This document shows positions 15,455 to 31,148 of a stretch of 64,000 nucleotides of DNA, piece by piece. Position 1 is the first letter of the stretch. Every line of letters starts with the position of its first letter. Below the pieces are notes generated by a model, which saw only the letters and a program-made list of their open reading frames with translations, searched no databases and was not told the DNA's origin. The position numbers and the translations under genes were made by a program. The DNA comes from the human T2T-CHM13v2.0 reference genome, Homo sapiens. The DNA lies in NCBI RefSeq assembly GCF_009914755.1, contig NC_060941.1. One strand, written 5' to 3'.

Positions 15455-15843
15455 ATAGACGAAATTAAATTATGGCCCCACAAAATTAATATGTTAAAGC
15501 CCTAACCCTCAATGTGATTGTATTTGGAGATAGGGGTTTTAGGAGGTAATTAATGTTAAACGAGGTTGGAGGGTCCCCACCCCTAATCTGATAGGATTGG
15601 TGGCCTTATAAGGGGAACAGAGAGAAACCTCTCTCTCCCCACCTACACACACCAATGATAGGCCACATGAACACTGAGAAGGTGGCCATCTACAAGCCAG
15701 GAAGGAAGCCTTCGCCAGAATCCAACCATGCTGGCATCCCGATCTCAGACTTTCAGCTTCCAGAACTATGAGAAAATAAATTTCTGTCATTTAAGCTATC
15801 CAATCTGTAGTATTTTGTTATGGAGCCCAAGCAGACTAAAACA
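15455..15843 (+). mobile_element. MLT1A-like MaLR LTR
   Basis: CCCTAACCCTCAATGTGATTGTATTTGGAGATAGGG...CCAGAACTATGAGAAAATAAATTTCTG...GCAGACTAAAACA. Confidence 0.8.
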
Positions 15844-15978
15844 AGCAGGAAACTAGGTGTTTGTGAAACTTGGATGGCCTGGAGGAGTAGACTTTGTCAC
15901 GAAGCCACAGAAATGACCCTCCAGTAGAAGCTGCTACCTCTGCCACTAGCAGGTAGGGGGATCAAGAGGCTACCATTG

Positions 15979-16285
15979 GGACCGGTTGCAGTGGCTCATG
16001 CCTGTAATCCCAGCACTTTGGGAGGCCAAAGCAGGCAGATCACTTGAGGTCAGGAGTTTGAGACCAGCCTGGCCAACGTGGCAAAACCCTGTCTCTACTA
16101 AACAAACAAAAATTAGCTGGGTGTGATGGTGCACACCTGTAATCCCAGCTACTCAGGAAGCTGAGGCCTGAGAATCGCTTGAGCCCGCGAGTGGGAAGTT
16201 GCAGTGAGCCAAGTTCACACCATTGTATTCCAGCCTGGGGGACAGAGTGAAACTCTATCAAAAAAAAAAAAAAAAAAAAAAAAAA
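15979..16285 (+). mobile_element. Alu
   Basis: Full-length Alu; TSD GGCT(A/T)CCATTG. A partial right arm also lies at ~16490-16606. Confidence 0.9.
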
Positions 16286-18845
16286 GGCTTCCATTGTAAT
16301 TAAGCCAAGGTAACTGCACCTAGGGATCACTAGAAATTGCCACTGCAGCAAGAACATGACCTCATTTCCCTTCCACCTTCCAAATCTCAAATAAGCGTAT
16401 TTTGCATCCAGAGCTCTAGCTGCAAGGGAGGCTGAGAGGTGAGGTTTTTGGCTTCCAACCTCTGCAGTATAGGAAGGTGGTGGGAATGGTGGGAGGATCT
16501 CTTGAGCCCAGGAGTTTGAGGCTGCAGCGAGCTGTGATCGTGCCACTATACTTCAGCCTGGGTGACCGAACAAGACCTCATCTGGAAGAGAAAAAAAAAA
16601 AAAAAGTAACTAGGGCTCTGAAAGCTAATTGAATGGTCTGGAGGTTTGGAAAGCAGATAGCTTTAGAGTGAACATACGAATCACTTGGGGATGGTATATT
16701 TGGATAAGTGGGCAGGGCCCAGGAATCTATATTCCTAACAGGCAAACCCCAGTTCCCATTTCCCCTCCTGCCATAATGGACTCAGCATGTGGACTGATGC
16801 ATGTGGACTCAGCTTTCAGAAACTTTATCCCTGGGCAGGAGCTCTGATGGGGCAGTCCCAGACACTACAGTGAGCAGTGAAAGGTTAGATTTGAGCAGTG
16901 AAAGGTTAGCAGTGAGCAGAAAAGGCTAGATTTGTGCTGAATTAGTCCCTTTCTCTCCTAAGAGCTAGTCCTGAAAGTTGGATGCTGAACCCTGAAAAAT
17001 GCTGCTGTGATGGAGGCTCAGGAGAAGGGGGGGGTCTGCCTAGAACCCAGGAGTCCAGGGATTTAAACTCACCACCCCACCAAGGAGGACTGGATGGAGT
17101 CAGCTGACAACATGAATAAGCATTTCCTGAAGTTATGACTCATTTTGTTCTGAATTTCTACCCTGGCCCCGGGGGTTTAGGACCTTCGGGATCCTATTTC
17201 TATTGCAGGGGTTTGGTTAGAGAGCCCCTTCAACCTTGAGGGGTTTAAGAATTGGACAGAGGAGAAGAAAAGTAAAACAGAGGGTACAAGAGAGGAAGGG
17301 AGGAGAAAGGTAGCACTTCCACCCAAAATGGCCTCAAGTCCCTACCAGAACCCAATGTCCTCCATAGCTCACATTGAATTTCAACACAAAATAGTCTATT
17401 ACAATAGATGTTCCTTTTTCCTTCTCAGTCATTTTCTTTTCTTGGCTCTTACCAGGCAGCCTTGGACCCTAAGCCCCCCAGTTCTGAGGGGAAGGCCATA
17501 GATAAATGAAAAAGCCCTGGCCTTCTTCCTCTGTGCCCCCATCCCAGCCCCACATCTCAGGGAGGGGGTCGCCCCAAGCCAGAGCAGGGCTGAGTCTGCC
17601 TGGGCCAGGCTGCCTGGCCAATAGGCTTTCCTCCTTCCCAGGGGTATCCATTCTCCTACCCAGTTCCTGAGATGCTGGGCCCCCTTCAGCCGCATCTGCA
17701 GCCTGACTGAGCAGAGTCCCCCAGGCCTTCTTCCTCTAGGCTGGTCCTCCCAGGTTAAGAGCAGGCTTCCATGTTGGAAGGGGGTCCGTCCCCCCTTCCC
17801 CCAGTTATCACCACAAAGCAAAGTCCAGGGAAGGAGGGGGAGTGGGCAAGGGTGGGGGTAGTGGGAGAGCCAGGTCCTTGCTAGTAAATCAAAGTTGGTT
17901 TCCCAGATGGAGTTGCAGCCGCTTTGATTTCTCAAGTCACCCCCCTCCCCCTCTGCTGCCTCCCCTCACCCCCAGCTCCACAGTTTCAATTCCTCCCTGA
18001 AAAGCAGCAGGGCCTCCTTTCAAACCAGCCCAGCTCCTCCAACTCCCAACAACAGCTTCAGTTACAGGAAAGGGGAAGGGGAGGGGGTGAGGTGGCCCAG
18101 CCTAGAGAGAAAGGAGAGACATTCTGGGAGAAGCAAGAGGGAGAAGGAGGAGTAGAAAATGAGGAAGGGGGAAAAGAAAGAGCAGAGTGAGAAGATGGGA
18201 GGGGGGCAGCCAGGGTGGAAGAGTGGGGCTCTGCTGGAGCAGGAGGGGAGCTCCAGCTGGGAAGCCAACCTACCTTTTCCTCCCTCCCAAGGGAGCACCC
18301 CCACACCCATCACCCCAAGGACCCCTCCATAGCTACAGAGCTATGATTCAGGCTTCCCTATTCCTCTCCCCTTGGCATTAGGTTCTAGAAGGTTCTGGAA
18401 GACAAAATATCGAAACCGTTCATTCCCAGGGACATTTATTTCCTGTTCTAGAAGGCAGAGTCACCCAAGAACCTCACTAGCCAAACCTAGCACTGGCTTT
18501 CTAGATCCTGTTTCCCCATTTGGCTCTGAGCAGCCCACACCTTGGTCTTGCTCAGCCCAGGCTTGGGCCAATGAAGGCCCTTAATTAATAGATCATCTGT
18601 TACATCTGTTTAATCCTTTTATGGCCCATTTTGCCTGCCAGAGACCTTGAAGAAAGACATTGGAGAGATAAAGGGGTAACAGCTATGCTCTGCTAAGTCT
18701 CCTTCCTCCTCTGCCCCAAAGCCAGGGGCAGCCTTGGAACTTGGCAGGGGTGGGGCAGGGTGCACTGAAGGAACCTACAAGTTGTCAGGAATTGGAATTC
18801 CAGGAGTCCTAGGTCTCCTGATTATTTGGTGGCCCATTTCTTTAT

Positions 18846-19262
18846 TTCCTTCTTCCTTCCTTCCTTCCTTCCTTCCTTCCTTCCTTCCCTCCCTTCCTTC
18901 CTTTCTCTTTCTCCCTCTTTCTCTTTCTCCTCTCTCTCTGTCTCTCTTACTTTTATTTCTCTCTCCTTCTCTTTTTTTCTTTCTTTTTGAGGTAGTGTCT
19001 CACTCCCGTTGCCCAGGCCAGAGTGCAGTGGCAGGATCACAGCTCACTGCAGCCTCCACTCAGGTGATCCTTCCACTTCAGCCTCCTGAGTAGCTGGGAC
19101 CATAGGCATGCACCACCACACCAGGCTATTTTTATTTTTAAGATTTTTAAATTTTTAGTAGAGACAGTTTTGTCATGTTGCCTAGGCTGGTCTCCAACTC
19201 CTAGGCTCCAGTGATTCACCAGCCTCATCTTTCCAAAGTGCTGGGATTACTACTGTGCCCGG
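18846..19262 (-). mobile_element. Alu (J-type) with expanded (TTCC)n/CT-rich tail
   Basis: Antisense Alu from ~18985 preceded by a pyrimidine microsatellite; TSD TGGCCCATTTCT. Confidence 0.85.
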
Positions 19263-20427
19263 TCTGTGGCCCATTTCTAAGGGTCATTTCCCTGAGATCT
19301 AAATGGAGGATGGAGTGCAGGGAGAAGGAATTTGATACCTCACCTGAAGGTGGATTCAAGGTCTTGATGGACAGGTTCAGGGAGAGAGGAGGAAAGGTGA
19401 ATTCACCTAAAGCAGAGGCATATTGTGTGGGTCAGGGGAGAGGGGAGCCAAGGAGACTGATTCTCTGAATGCTCAGACCTGCTTTCCACAAAGTATCTAG
19501 GACCCACCCCGTTTAGAGCAGAACATTTTTGCTTAGAGAATAAAACCATTGAGGCTCCTAAAGTATCTGAAATTAAGTCCTCCTCCTTGATCTCTGTCTC
19601 CTAAACAGATACACATAGCCCTTCCCTCTTTAGGGTGGAGGGACCTCAGTGCTTTGAAAAGGAAAGAACACTGACCCAGAATTGAGGAAACAAAGAGGGG
19701 ACCTGTCCTCTGGCAGGCTCATTGGAGCAGGGGGAATTCCCTCGGGAGTCACCATACCAGGCATTGTCCCTTAGATTAGCCCTCAAGGACAGAGGGGACA
19801 GCTTCTCTGGAAAGCAAGGGCTCTAGAGGAAAACGTGCAAGGAGACCTGGACATGTGTGATTACCTAAACTGTGACGGGGGAAGGTGAAAGGCCAGAGAC
19901 AGGAGGATATTTTGCGGGGAGTGGGAGCCCTAGGCAATCTCCCCAGGTTTCCTTAGCGGGGAGAAGTTCTCCGTGCTCTCCTCTCCTGAGCATGCCTGTG
20001 TGTGTTGGATGTTGCTGACTGTCATTTCACTTATCTGTGACACACAAGTCTTTCATCTTGTTTGGGTGGCATGAAGCAAGGAGAGTTTCAATGATCCAAG
20101 CATCATATTCTCACAGCCTCCTACATCTGGCTCAAGGGTAAAATCAATAAATTGTTTTATGATCCCTTTCTACTGATGAAAAAGCTGCAGCTAAGGAAGG
20201 GATGGTGACTTGCCTAAGCTACTGGGCCAGTGGGGCTGGAGCCAGGCCTGCAGCCCAGACATTTGGAGCCCCAGACCAGGTTTCTTTCCACTCCAACAGC
20301 TATTTTCTCTGCTCTCCTGTTAGGTTGAGATTTCTGCTCCTGCCAAGCCCATCCTACAGAACGGGGGAATGGACCCTGCAGCAGATTTACAGTAGGTACC
20401 CAACAATTATCCCAGATATCAGATTTG

Positions 20428-20720
20428 GTTTTTTGTTTGTTTGTTTGTTTTTTGAGATGGGTTCTCACTCTGTTGTCCAGGCTGGAGTGCGGTGGGGTGA
20501 TCACAGCTTATGCAGCCTCAAACTTCTGGGCTCAAGTGATCCACCCGCTTCAGCCTCCTGAGTAGCTGCGACTACAGGTGCATGCTACCACACCAGACTA
20601 ATTTTAAAATTTTCTGTAGAGATAGGGCCTGGCTATCTTGCCTAGGCTGGCTCAAGCAATTCTCCCACCTTAGCCTCCTAAAGTGCTAGGATTACAGGTG
20701 TGAACCACTCCACCTGGTCC
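20428..20720 (-). mobile_element. Alu (J-type)
   Basis: TSD AGATATCAGATTTG. Confidence 0.88.
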
Positions 20721-21080
20721 TAGATATCAGATTTGTAAGCAGACACGATTAACAGTGGTACTTCGGGGTTTGGGGGAGAAGTGGCACTTCTGTGCACTGG
20801 GGACACCTAGGCTCCCAGCCCACAGCAGAAGCCCAAGACTAAAGAGAAATGTTCCTTAGGGAGCGATAGCAGAATGTGGCCCCCTAGACTGTAGGCTCCC
20901 TGAAGCTGGAGGCTGAGTCTCTGCAGACTATCTGCTTTGCATGTAGTAGATGCTCAATAATTTATTGGATAAAATAATAGCTACTATTACCAAGCTTTTA
21001 GTCTAGCACCAGGTCATAGTGAGTGTCATATGCTGTCTCATTTAATTCTCACAACTGAAATAAGAAAAATAAAAATTCTG

Positions 21081-21665
<585 letters not shown>

Positions 21666-21749
21666 AAGAAAGAAAACAAAAACCTGACTTGAAGCTCTCA
21701 GACCCAGAAGAAACAAACCTTGTGACATCCTCATGTTGGCTAGAATCTC

Positions 21750-22829
21750 TGCTGGCCCAAACACCTCTTCTCAGTCTCCTTCCTTATTGGCCCCAGGGCC
21801 TTTAAATGTTGACATCCCCAAAGCTTTGGCCTTCCCACCCTATCCATCTTCCCTAGGTGATCTTAGCCATGCTCATACCATCAGACATAGGCTGAAGGTG
21901 CCAGATCTAAATCTAGCCCAGAGTTCTGACCTGAGCACTGAGTTAGATTATTCGCCTGCCTTCTGGACACCTTCTCTTGGATGTGCCATAGGACCAGGCT
22001 TGCATGACTGCACTCATTATCTGCCCTTTCCCTGCATTTCCCAGCCTGGTTAATAGCATTAGGGCACCTAGGTCAGAGCCTTGGTTGATCTCGTCCCTTA
22101 CTCTCTCTCCTTACCATCTGCACTGTCACATCTCAGTTCCTGCCCTCACCATTTCTTGCCTGGTCTCTTGTGATCAATCTGTAACTGGTATCTCAGGCTC
22201 CCGGCATGATGCTCCTCAAAACTGCCCAAATGCACTAGTTAAAATGCAAATGTGACCTCTTCCTTTCCCCAAATTCTCCAGTATATCCTCATCTCCAGGA
22301 GCCCAGACCGTGTGCAAGGTATCCAAGATCTCTGACTACTTAAAGCCTCCTCTGCCGTCGTTCTCCTAGATGCACGTGGGACTCTCACAGGGCCAAAGTC
22401 TTGCGCTGCCTCCCTACTCCATCTATTTCACCCCACCACGCCCTTGCACACAATGTTCCCTCTGTCTGGAATGCCTGTCCCTCCCTTGTCTGTTTACATG
22501 TCTGTTTCCCTGTTAGATTGTGAGTTCATGTTTCTACATCCAACACCTCACACGTGATCTGTGAGGCCCTGCAACTCTGATCCCTGCTGGCCTCTTTACC
22601 TCGTCCTACTTTGCTCCTCACTCCAACCACACAGCCTCTCTTGCCCTCCCCGACTCAGTCAGATTCCCTCCCCAATTATGCTTTCAAAGAACTACGGATC
22701 TTCCCTTCACAGCACTGAATCCCATGGCACTTTTACATCCATGTCAGTGACTGTGCAGTCAACGTGAGTGTCTCCCACTAGGACATGAGCTCCATAGGAA
22801 CAAAGGGTTGGGTCTGGTATTCAGTGTAA

Positions 22830-22830
<1 letters not shown>
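21750..22830 (+). mobile_element. L2 fragments
   Basis: Diverged CT-rich L2-like blocks (TGTTCCCTCTGTCTGGAATGCC; TTAGATTGTGAGTTC; CCCACTAGGACATGAGCTCCAT). Confidence 0.55.
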
Positions 22831-23262
<432 letters not shown>

Positions 23263-23519
23263 CATAAATTTGTTAAGTGAATAAGAGCACACAATTCTTA
23301 CAGATATTAGGGGCTATGTGATGCAGGAGACAGAACACAGCTTTAAGAGCCAAACAGGCCTGGGTTTTAATCTCACCCCTGCCACATACTATGTGACTTT
23401 GGGAAAGTTGCCAGATCTCACCTAAGGTGGATTCTTCATCTATAAACAAAAAACAATACCCACTTTGTAGGCATATACATGTGCAGAACTTAGCAGGAGC
23501 TCAAAAAATGGTAGCAATT

Positions 23520-23822
<303 letters not shown>

Positions 23823-24078
23823 CTAGGTCTCCCAGGATGCCTGCTGAATAAATATTTAATTCAACGTAACTTCTTGTTTTAAAAGGCGCTTTATGATTAT
23901 GAAATGTATTTTTGTCATTCTGAAATTATTTTGGATGTGGAGTCTCACATTTTTAAAATCTGTTGGTTTCCTACTTGGCAGATGGGAAAACTGAGGTTCA
24001 AAGAAGTAAAGTGACTGTTCCAAGGCTGTATAGTTAGTGGCAGAGTTACAAATGGGTCCAAGTCAATGACCAAGCTAA

Positions 24079-24372
<294 letters not shown>

Positions 24373-24660
24373 AGCTAATTTTTAAAAACTCAGAAATAAA
24401 TGCTGTATCTATCAAATAACAAATTACATCCTTTAGTTACAGGGCTCCTGTACTCAAGAGGCAGGTTGGCAGAATGAGAAGTGCTGTAGGTAGGCCTGTA
24501 ATCTGAAGATGCAGGTTCTGGTCCTGTTCACACTCAGGTCCCTCACGTGAAAGGCAAGAGTAAACATGAAATACCGTGATTTCTCCTTATTTCATGTACA
24601 AATGCTAGACAAGTGTAACATCTTTGTGGAATCACTTTTCTTCTGGGCTACTATAAACTC

Positions 24661-24962
24661 TTTTTTTTTTTTTTTTTTTTTGAGACAGAGTCTCGCTGTG
24701 TTGCCCAGGCTGGAGTGCAGTGGCGCGACCTCAGCTCACTTCAGCCTCCGACTCCCGGGTTCAAGCCTCAGCTCCTGCCTCAGCCTCCTGAGTAGCTGGG
24801 ACTACAGGCATGCACCACCATGCCCAGCTAATTTTTGTATTTTTTGTAGAGACGGGGTTTCACTATGTTGGCCAGGCTGGTCTCAAACTCCTGATCTCAG
24901 GTGATTGCCCGCCTTGGCCTCCAAAAGTGCTGGATTATAGGCATGAGCCACTGCCCCCGGCC
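24661..24962 (-). mobile_element. Alu
   Basis: TSD CTACTATAAA. Confidence 0.9.
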
Positions 24963-26989
24963 TACTATAAATTTTTGAAGGGCAGATGCTGTCATCTTTT
25001 TCCACATTCTCCATAGCCCCTATTATGGTGGTTTGAAATAAGAAAAAAAGTGTGTTGAAGGAATGAAAGGTTGCCTGAGTGAATGGAAGAATGTCCTCTA
25101 TTTCCTGTTTCCAGCTCCCCAGCTCCCCATCTGCCTTGGGGTGGCTGGAGAGGGGATAACTGTCATTCAGACCTGGCCCTAGGCCAGGAAAACGGGTTTG
25201 TCATGGAAGGAAATTGAAGATGCTGCGTTTACATTGGAGATTTGCTCTCAATTTCCTATCGGACTGCGAGCTTCCTGAATGGGGTATAGGAGCCTGTCAT
25301 TCATTTTTGTTTCCACTGCTCAGCTTCCATGTTTGGTACCGGCTCTCAAGATGCTTTGAGATGGACTAGGCAGGAGATCTGAGGTTCAAAAGCTCAGGCT
25401 CAAATGGAGCAGAGAGAGCACAACATTCCCATCCTTAGACTGCTCTGAGAGAAAATGGGCTTGCTGGTGGAATAGAGATGGGTGGGCTGGAAATGGGATG
25501 CACAAAAAAAGGCATATCCCCCTCGACACCCACTCATGCCCCAATTTTGAAGGAAAATTTTCATCCTGGTGTAGGGAAAAGGCAAATTCCCCAGGATGTA
25601 ATAAGGAACATTTTCAAGTTGTAAGAAACCGGAACATCTTTATATCATTCATTCGATCAGGAAAAAAAAATTTTTTTTTGAATCCTGTCAAACCTGGATC
25701 CCTTTGTATCCATCTACTTAGAATATTTTTTCCTTCTCCCTACTCCTTTCCTCTTTTTGTTATTTTTCTTCTTCTGCTGTTGTTGTTTAAAACAATTCTT
25801 TTCTATATTGGAGCAAGAAACATTTCACCAGACTGTGAGGATTTGGCCCATACTGTGAAGCAAAGGGGCTTTCTAAACTCAATTTTCTTTCTTCTTTTTA
25901 AGTCCCCCCTTTCCCCTGTCCCTCGGGAGAGACAACAGAAAATAATTGATCCATCATCCAGTATCAGGCCCAGGAGATTTACATGCAAATTCCTCCTCGA
26001 CCCCTTTCCAAATTTAAAATCCTAGAAGGGAAAAGAAAAATTCTAAAAGTAGCAGGAACCCTGCTGGCCACACCCCACCCCTTACCAGGTGAGAGATGTG
26101 GAGGGGATAATTCACCACAACCCCCCAGTTTCCTCCCGCGTCACACACGCCACCCCTCTCTGGTGTGGAACCACTTAAGATTTGGGTAAAACTCCCCTCT
26201 CGCCCTGGAGACGGGATCTGGAAGCTTTTAGGGGGCGGAGGTAGAGGTGGGGAGGCAGAAGGAAAATTCCCTCAAACGTTCGTCAGGCCTAAGAGAGTCG
26301 TCCCTTCACTCAAAATTGCCCGTCACCCCCCGCCCCCCACCATTAACTTTCGATTAAGACCTCCTCCTTAGGGCAACTAAACTTTACTTTGCACAATTAA
26401 GATTTGCCGCAGAAGAAGCGGGAGGGAGAAGCCGCAGCTCCGGGCCATTCTCCTTTCCCTCGCTCCCTCCAAGCCCCCCGCCCCAACCCTCCAGCTCCGG
26501 GCCTCCGAGTTCCTGAGTTTTCTCACTTTGAGGTGCCACCGAACACAAAGAACCATAATGGGCTCCTTTGTGTTGGCTACGGGGCAATTACGCCTCGGAG
26601 TCCTGGTCCCTTTAAGAGTCTCTTAAAGAGACAGGATCCCATTTTTCAGAGGGTTTTTTAAGGGTGTGTGGAGGGGGAGGGCGAGGGATCTACGTGTAAA
26701 GTGAAGTGAAACTTTCGCCTGGGCTCCAGAAAGAGCGGACAGAAAAGGTCTTTGTAAATTGTTAGTTTTTTTAAAGTCTGTTTTAATTTTTAAATTTGAG
26801 ATTTTTCACTCGATTTGAAAAATTGGACTAGGAATAGGTGGGGTTCGAGGATCGGGGGCGGGGGCAAGGGTTTAAAGAGTCCCCACCCGGCAGAGCACCT
26901 CGGCCCGGGAAGAGGAGTGAGCCAGGGTCGAGTAGTGTCCCCCGATCTCGCCGCGGCAACTCCGGAGAAATCCCGGGCTGGGCAAACAG

Positions 26990-29292
<2,303 letters not shown>

Positions 29293-29374
29293 GGGACGCC
29301 CCCAGGCCGGAACCGCGCGGCGCTTTCCTCCGCCCGGGGTGGGGCCCCTACAGACTCCGTATTTTATTTTTTTA

Positions 29375-29380
29375 AATAAA
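29375..29380 (+). terminator. FZD2: Candidate proximal polyadenylation signal AATAAA
   Basis: AATAAA about 80 nt after the stop codon, with T-rich sequence upstream and T/GT-rich sequence downstream. Confidence 0.6.
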
Positions 29381-30627
29381 AAACGATCGAAACCATTTCA
29401 CTTTTAGGTTGCTTTTTAAAAGAGAACTCTCTGCCCAACACCCCCACAAGGTTTGTAATTAAAACTGTAAATAGTCTTTGTAAATTTAATTATATATATT
29501 TTCTATTTAAAAGAAAAAAGGAGAAAAAAAAACAGGGGTGTGGGCGCCAGGACTGAAGAATGAGGTGTGTGTGTGTTGGGGAGTGTAGTTGGGGGGAGGG
29601 TTCTCTTTCTTAAGTGCCCTTCAAAACCCGCCCCACTTTTGGAGTTTTTTGGTGATATGGCAGGGCTGGGCCTGATGGGAGAGGCACCCAGCCTGAGCGC
29701 TGTTTTTGTTGGCTTTGAGTCGTTAGGAGTTTGTTCCATTCAACTAATATAAAAGCCAAATTTGTGAGCCTCCTCTCTGACGCTGGGCCTGTGGAAGCCG
29801 TTGGATATTTTTGAACAGGACTTGGATTCGTTTTGTTTCCTTCCCCCTTTTCTTTCCCTACTCATTTGTCCTGTCTTCTTCACTCACTCTTGGAAAAGTC
29901 CCAACAGAGATGAAGACGTGGAAAAAAAAATCGGGGTCGGGGTGTGCTGGTGGGGAGAGGGCAGAGATCCGGTGAGGAATGGCTTCCACCCCCTGGCCCA
30001 TTCCCCTGCAGGCTGGAAGATCTTTCTCCTGTCTGGCTTCTCTTCTTTTCAATTCGCTGCACCAAGTGCTTCCAGTGGCCCAAAAATGCTTTTTGAAGTG
30101 TGTTTTGAAACAGCCCCCACCAACATACACCCCACCAGGAGTACTGATCCTGCCTCCCTTCATGTCTAGGGGAAGCATTCGCCTTTGAGCACTTGTTTGC
30201 AAATCTGGGGAGTTTGAGACCTCCTAGCATCTCTTCCCTTCTTTCCCTGCAGTCTATTCACTCCCGCAGCCAAAAATCTCTGGCGTTCAGGTTAGCAGTT
30301 TCTGGGTTGGTTTGTGTGGGTTTTTGTTGTTGTTTGGGGCTTATTTTTTTCAAAAAGTGATAAAGACGGGTGGGTTGGAGGGAGGGGACTGATGGGCTGG
30401 TGGGCTTTTTAGTTTTCCTTTGAGAAAAAGACTGGTTTATTTAAAATTTGTCCAGAAAAAAATGAAAAAAAAAAAAAAGGTGGTATCTTTGCTTTAGAAG
30501 AAGTCTCTGGATAGGCCCTTTGTGGCTGTGGGGGTGGGTTGAGTGTTTACATTACATTCTATATCACAAGATTGATAGGATGTTTAAAGCAGATGTTTCT
30601 TATCTTCCCCTGAGCCCCTACAAATAA

Positions 30628-30920
<293 letters not shown>

Positions 30921-31142
30921 GTCAAGACTTCTCTTAAGTTAACTTCCTGAGAAGTGATGTCTAAAAGTATCTTTGCTGGTGTGAGAACTCCAGTTTCCAA
31001 CACATATTATTTCCCTCAACTATTTGGAATATTTTAGAATTTTAATTCCAAAGGATTAGTTTGAATACAAGTATGCCACATAACTCAGTTTTCGCCATCT
31101 TCCATTTCTTAACAGTGTAAATTAAAAGCTAATAATCATAAT

Positions 31143-31148
31143 AATAAA
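31143..31148 (+). terminator. FZD2: Candidate distal polyadenylation signal AATAAA (long 3' UTR)
   Basis: AATAAA preceded by TGTA and ATTAAA and followed by T-rich sequence; fits my recollection of a ~3.8 kb FZD2 mRNA. Confidence 0.7.

Noticed and set aside
25498-26025. 175-aa ORF upstream of FZD2
   Set aside because: F/L/K bias comes from T and A runs; no recognisable domain or exon structure.
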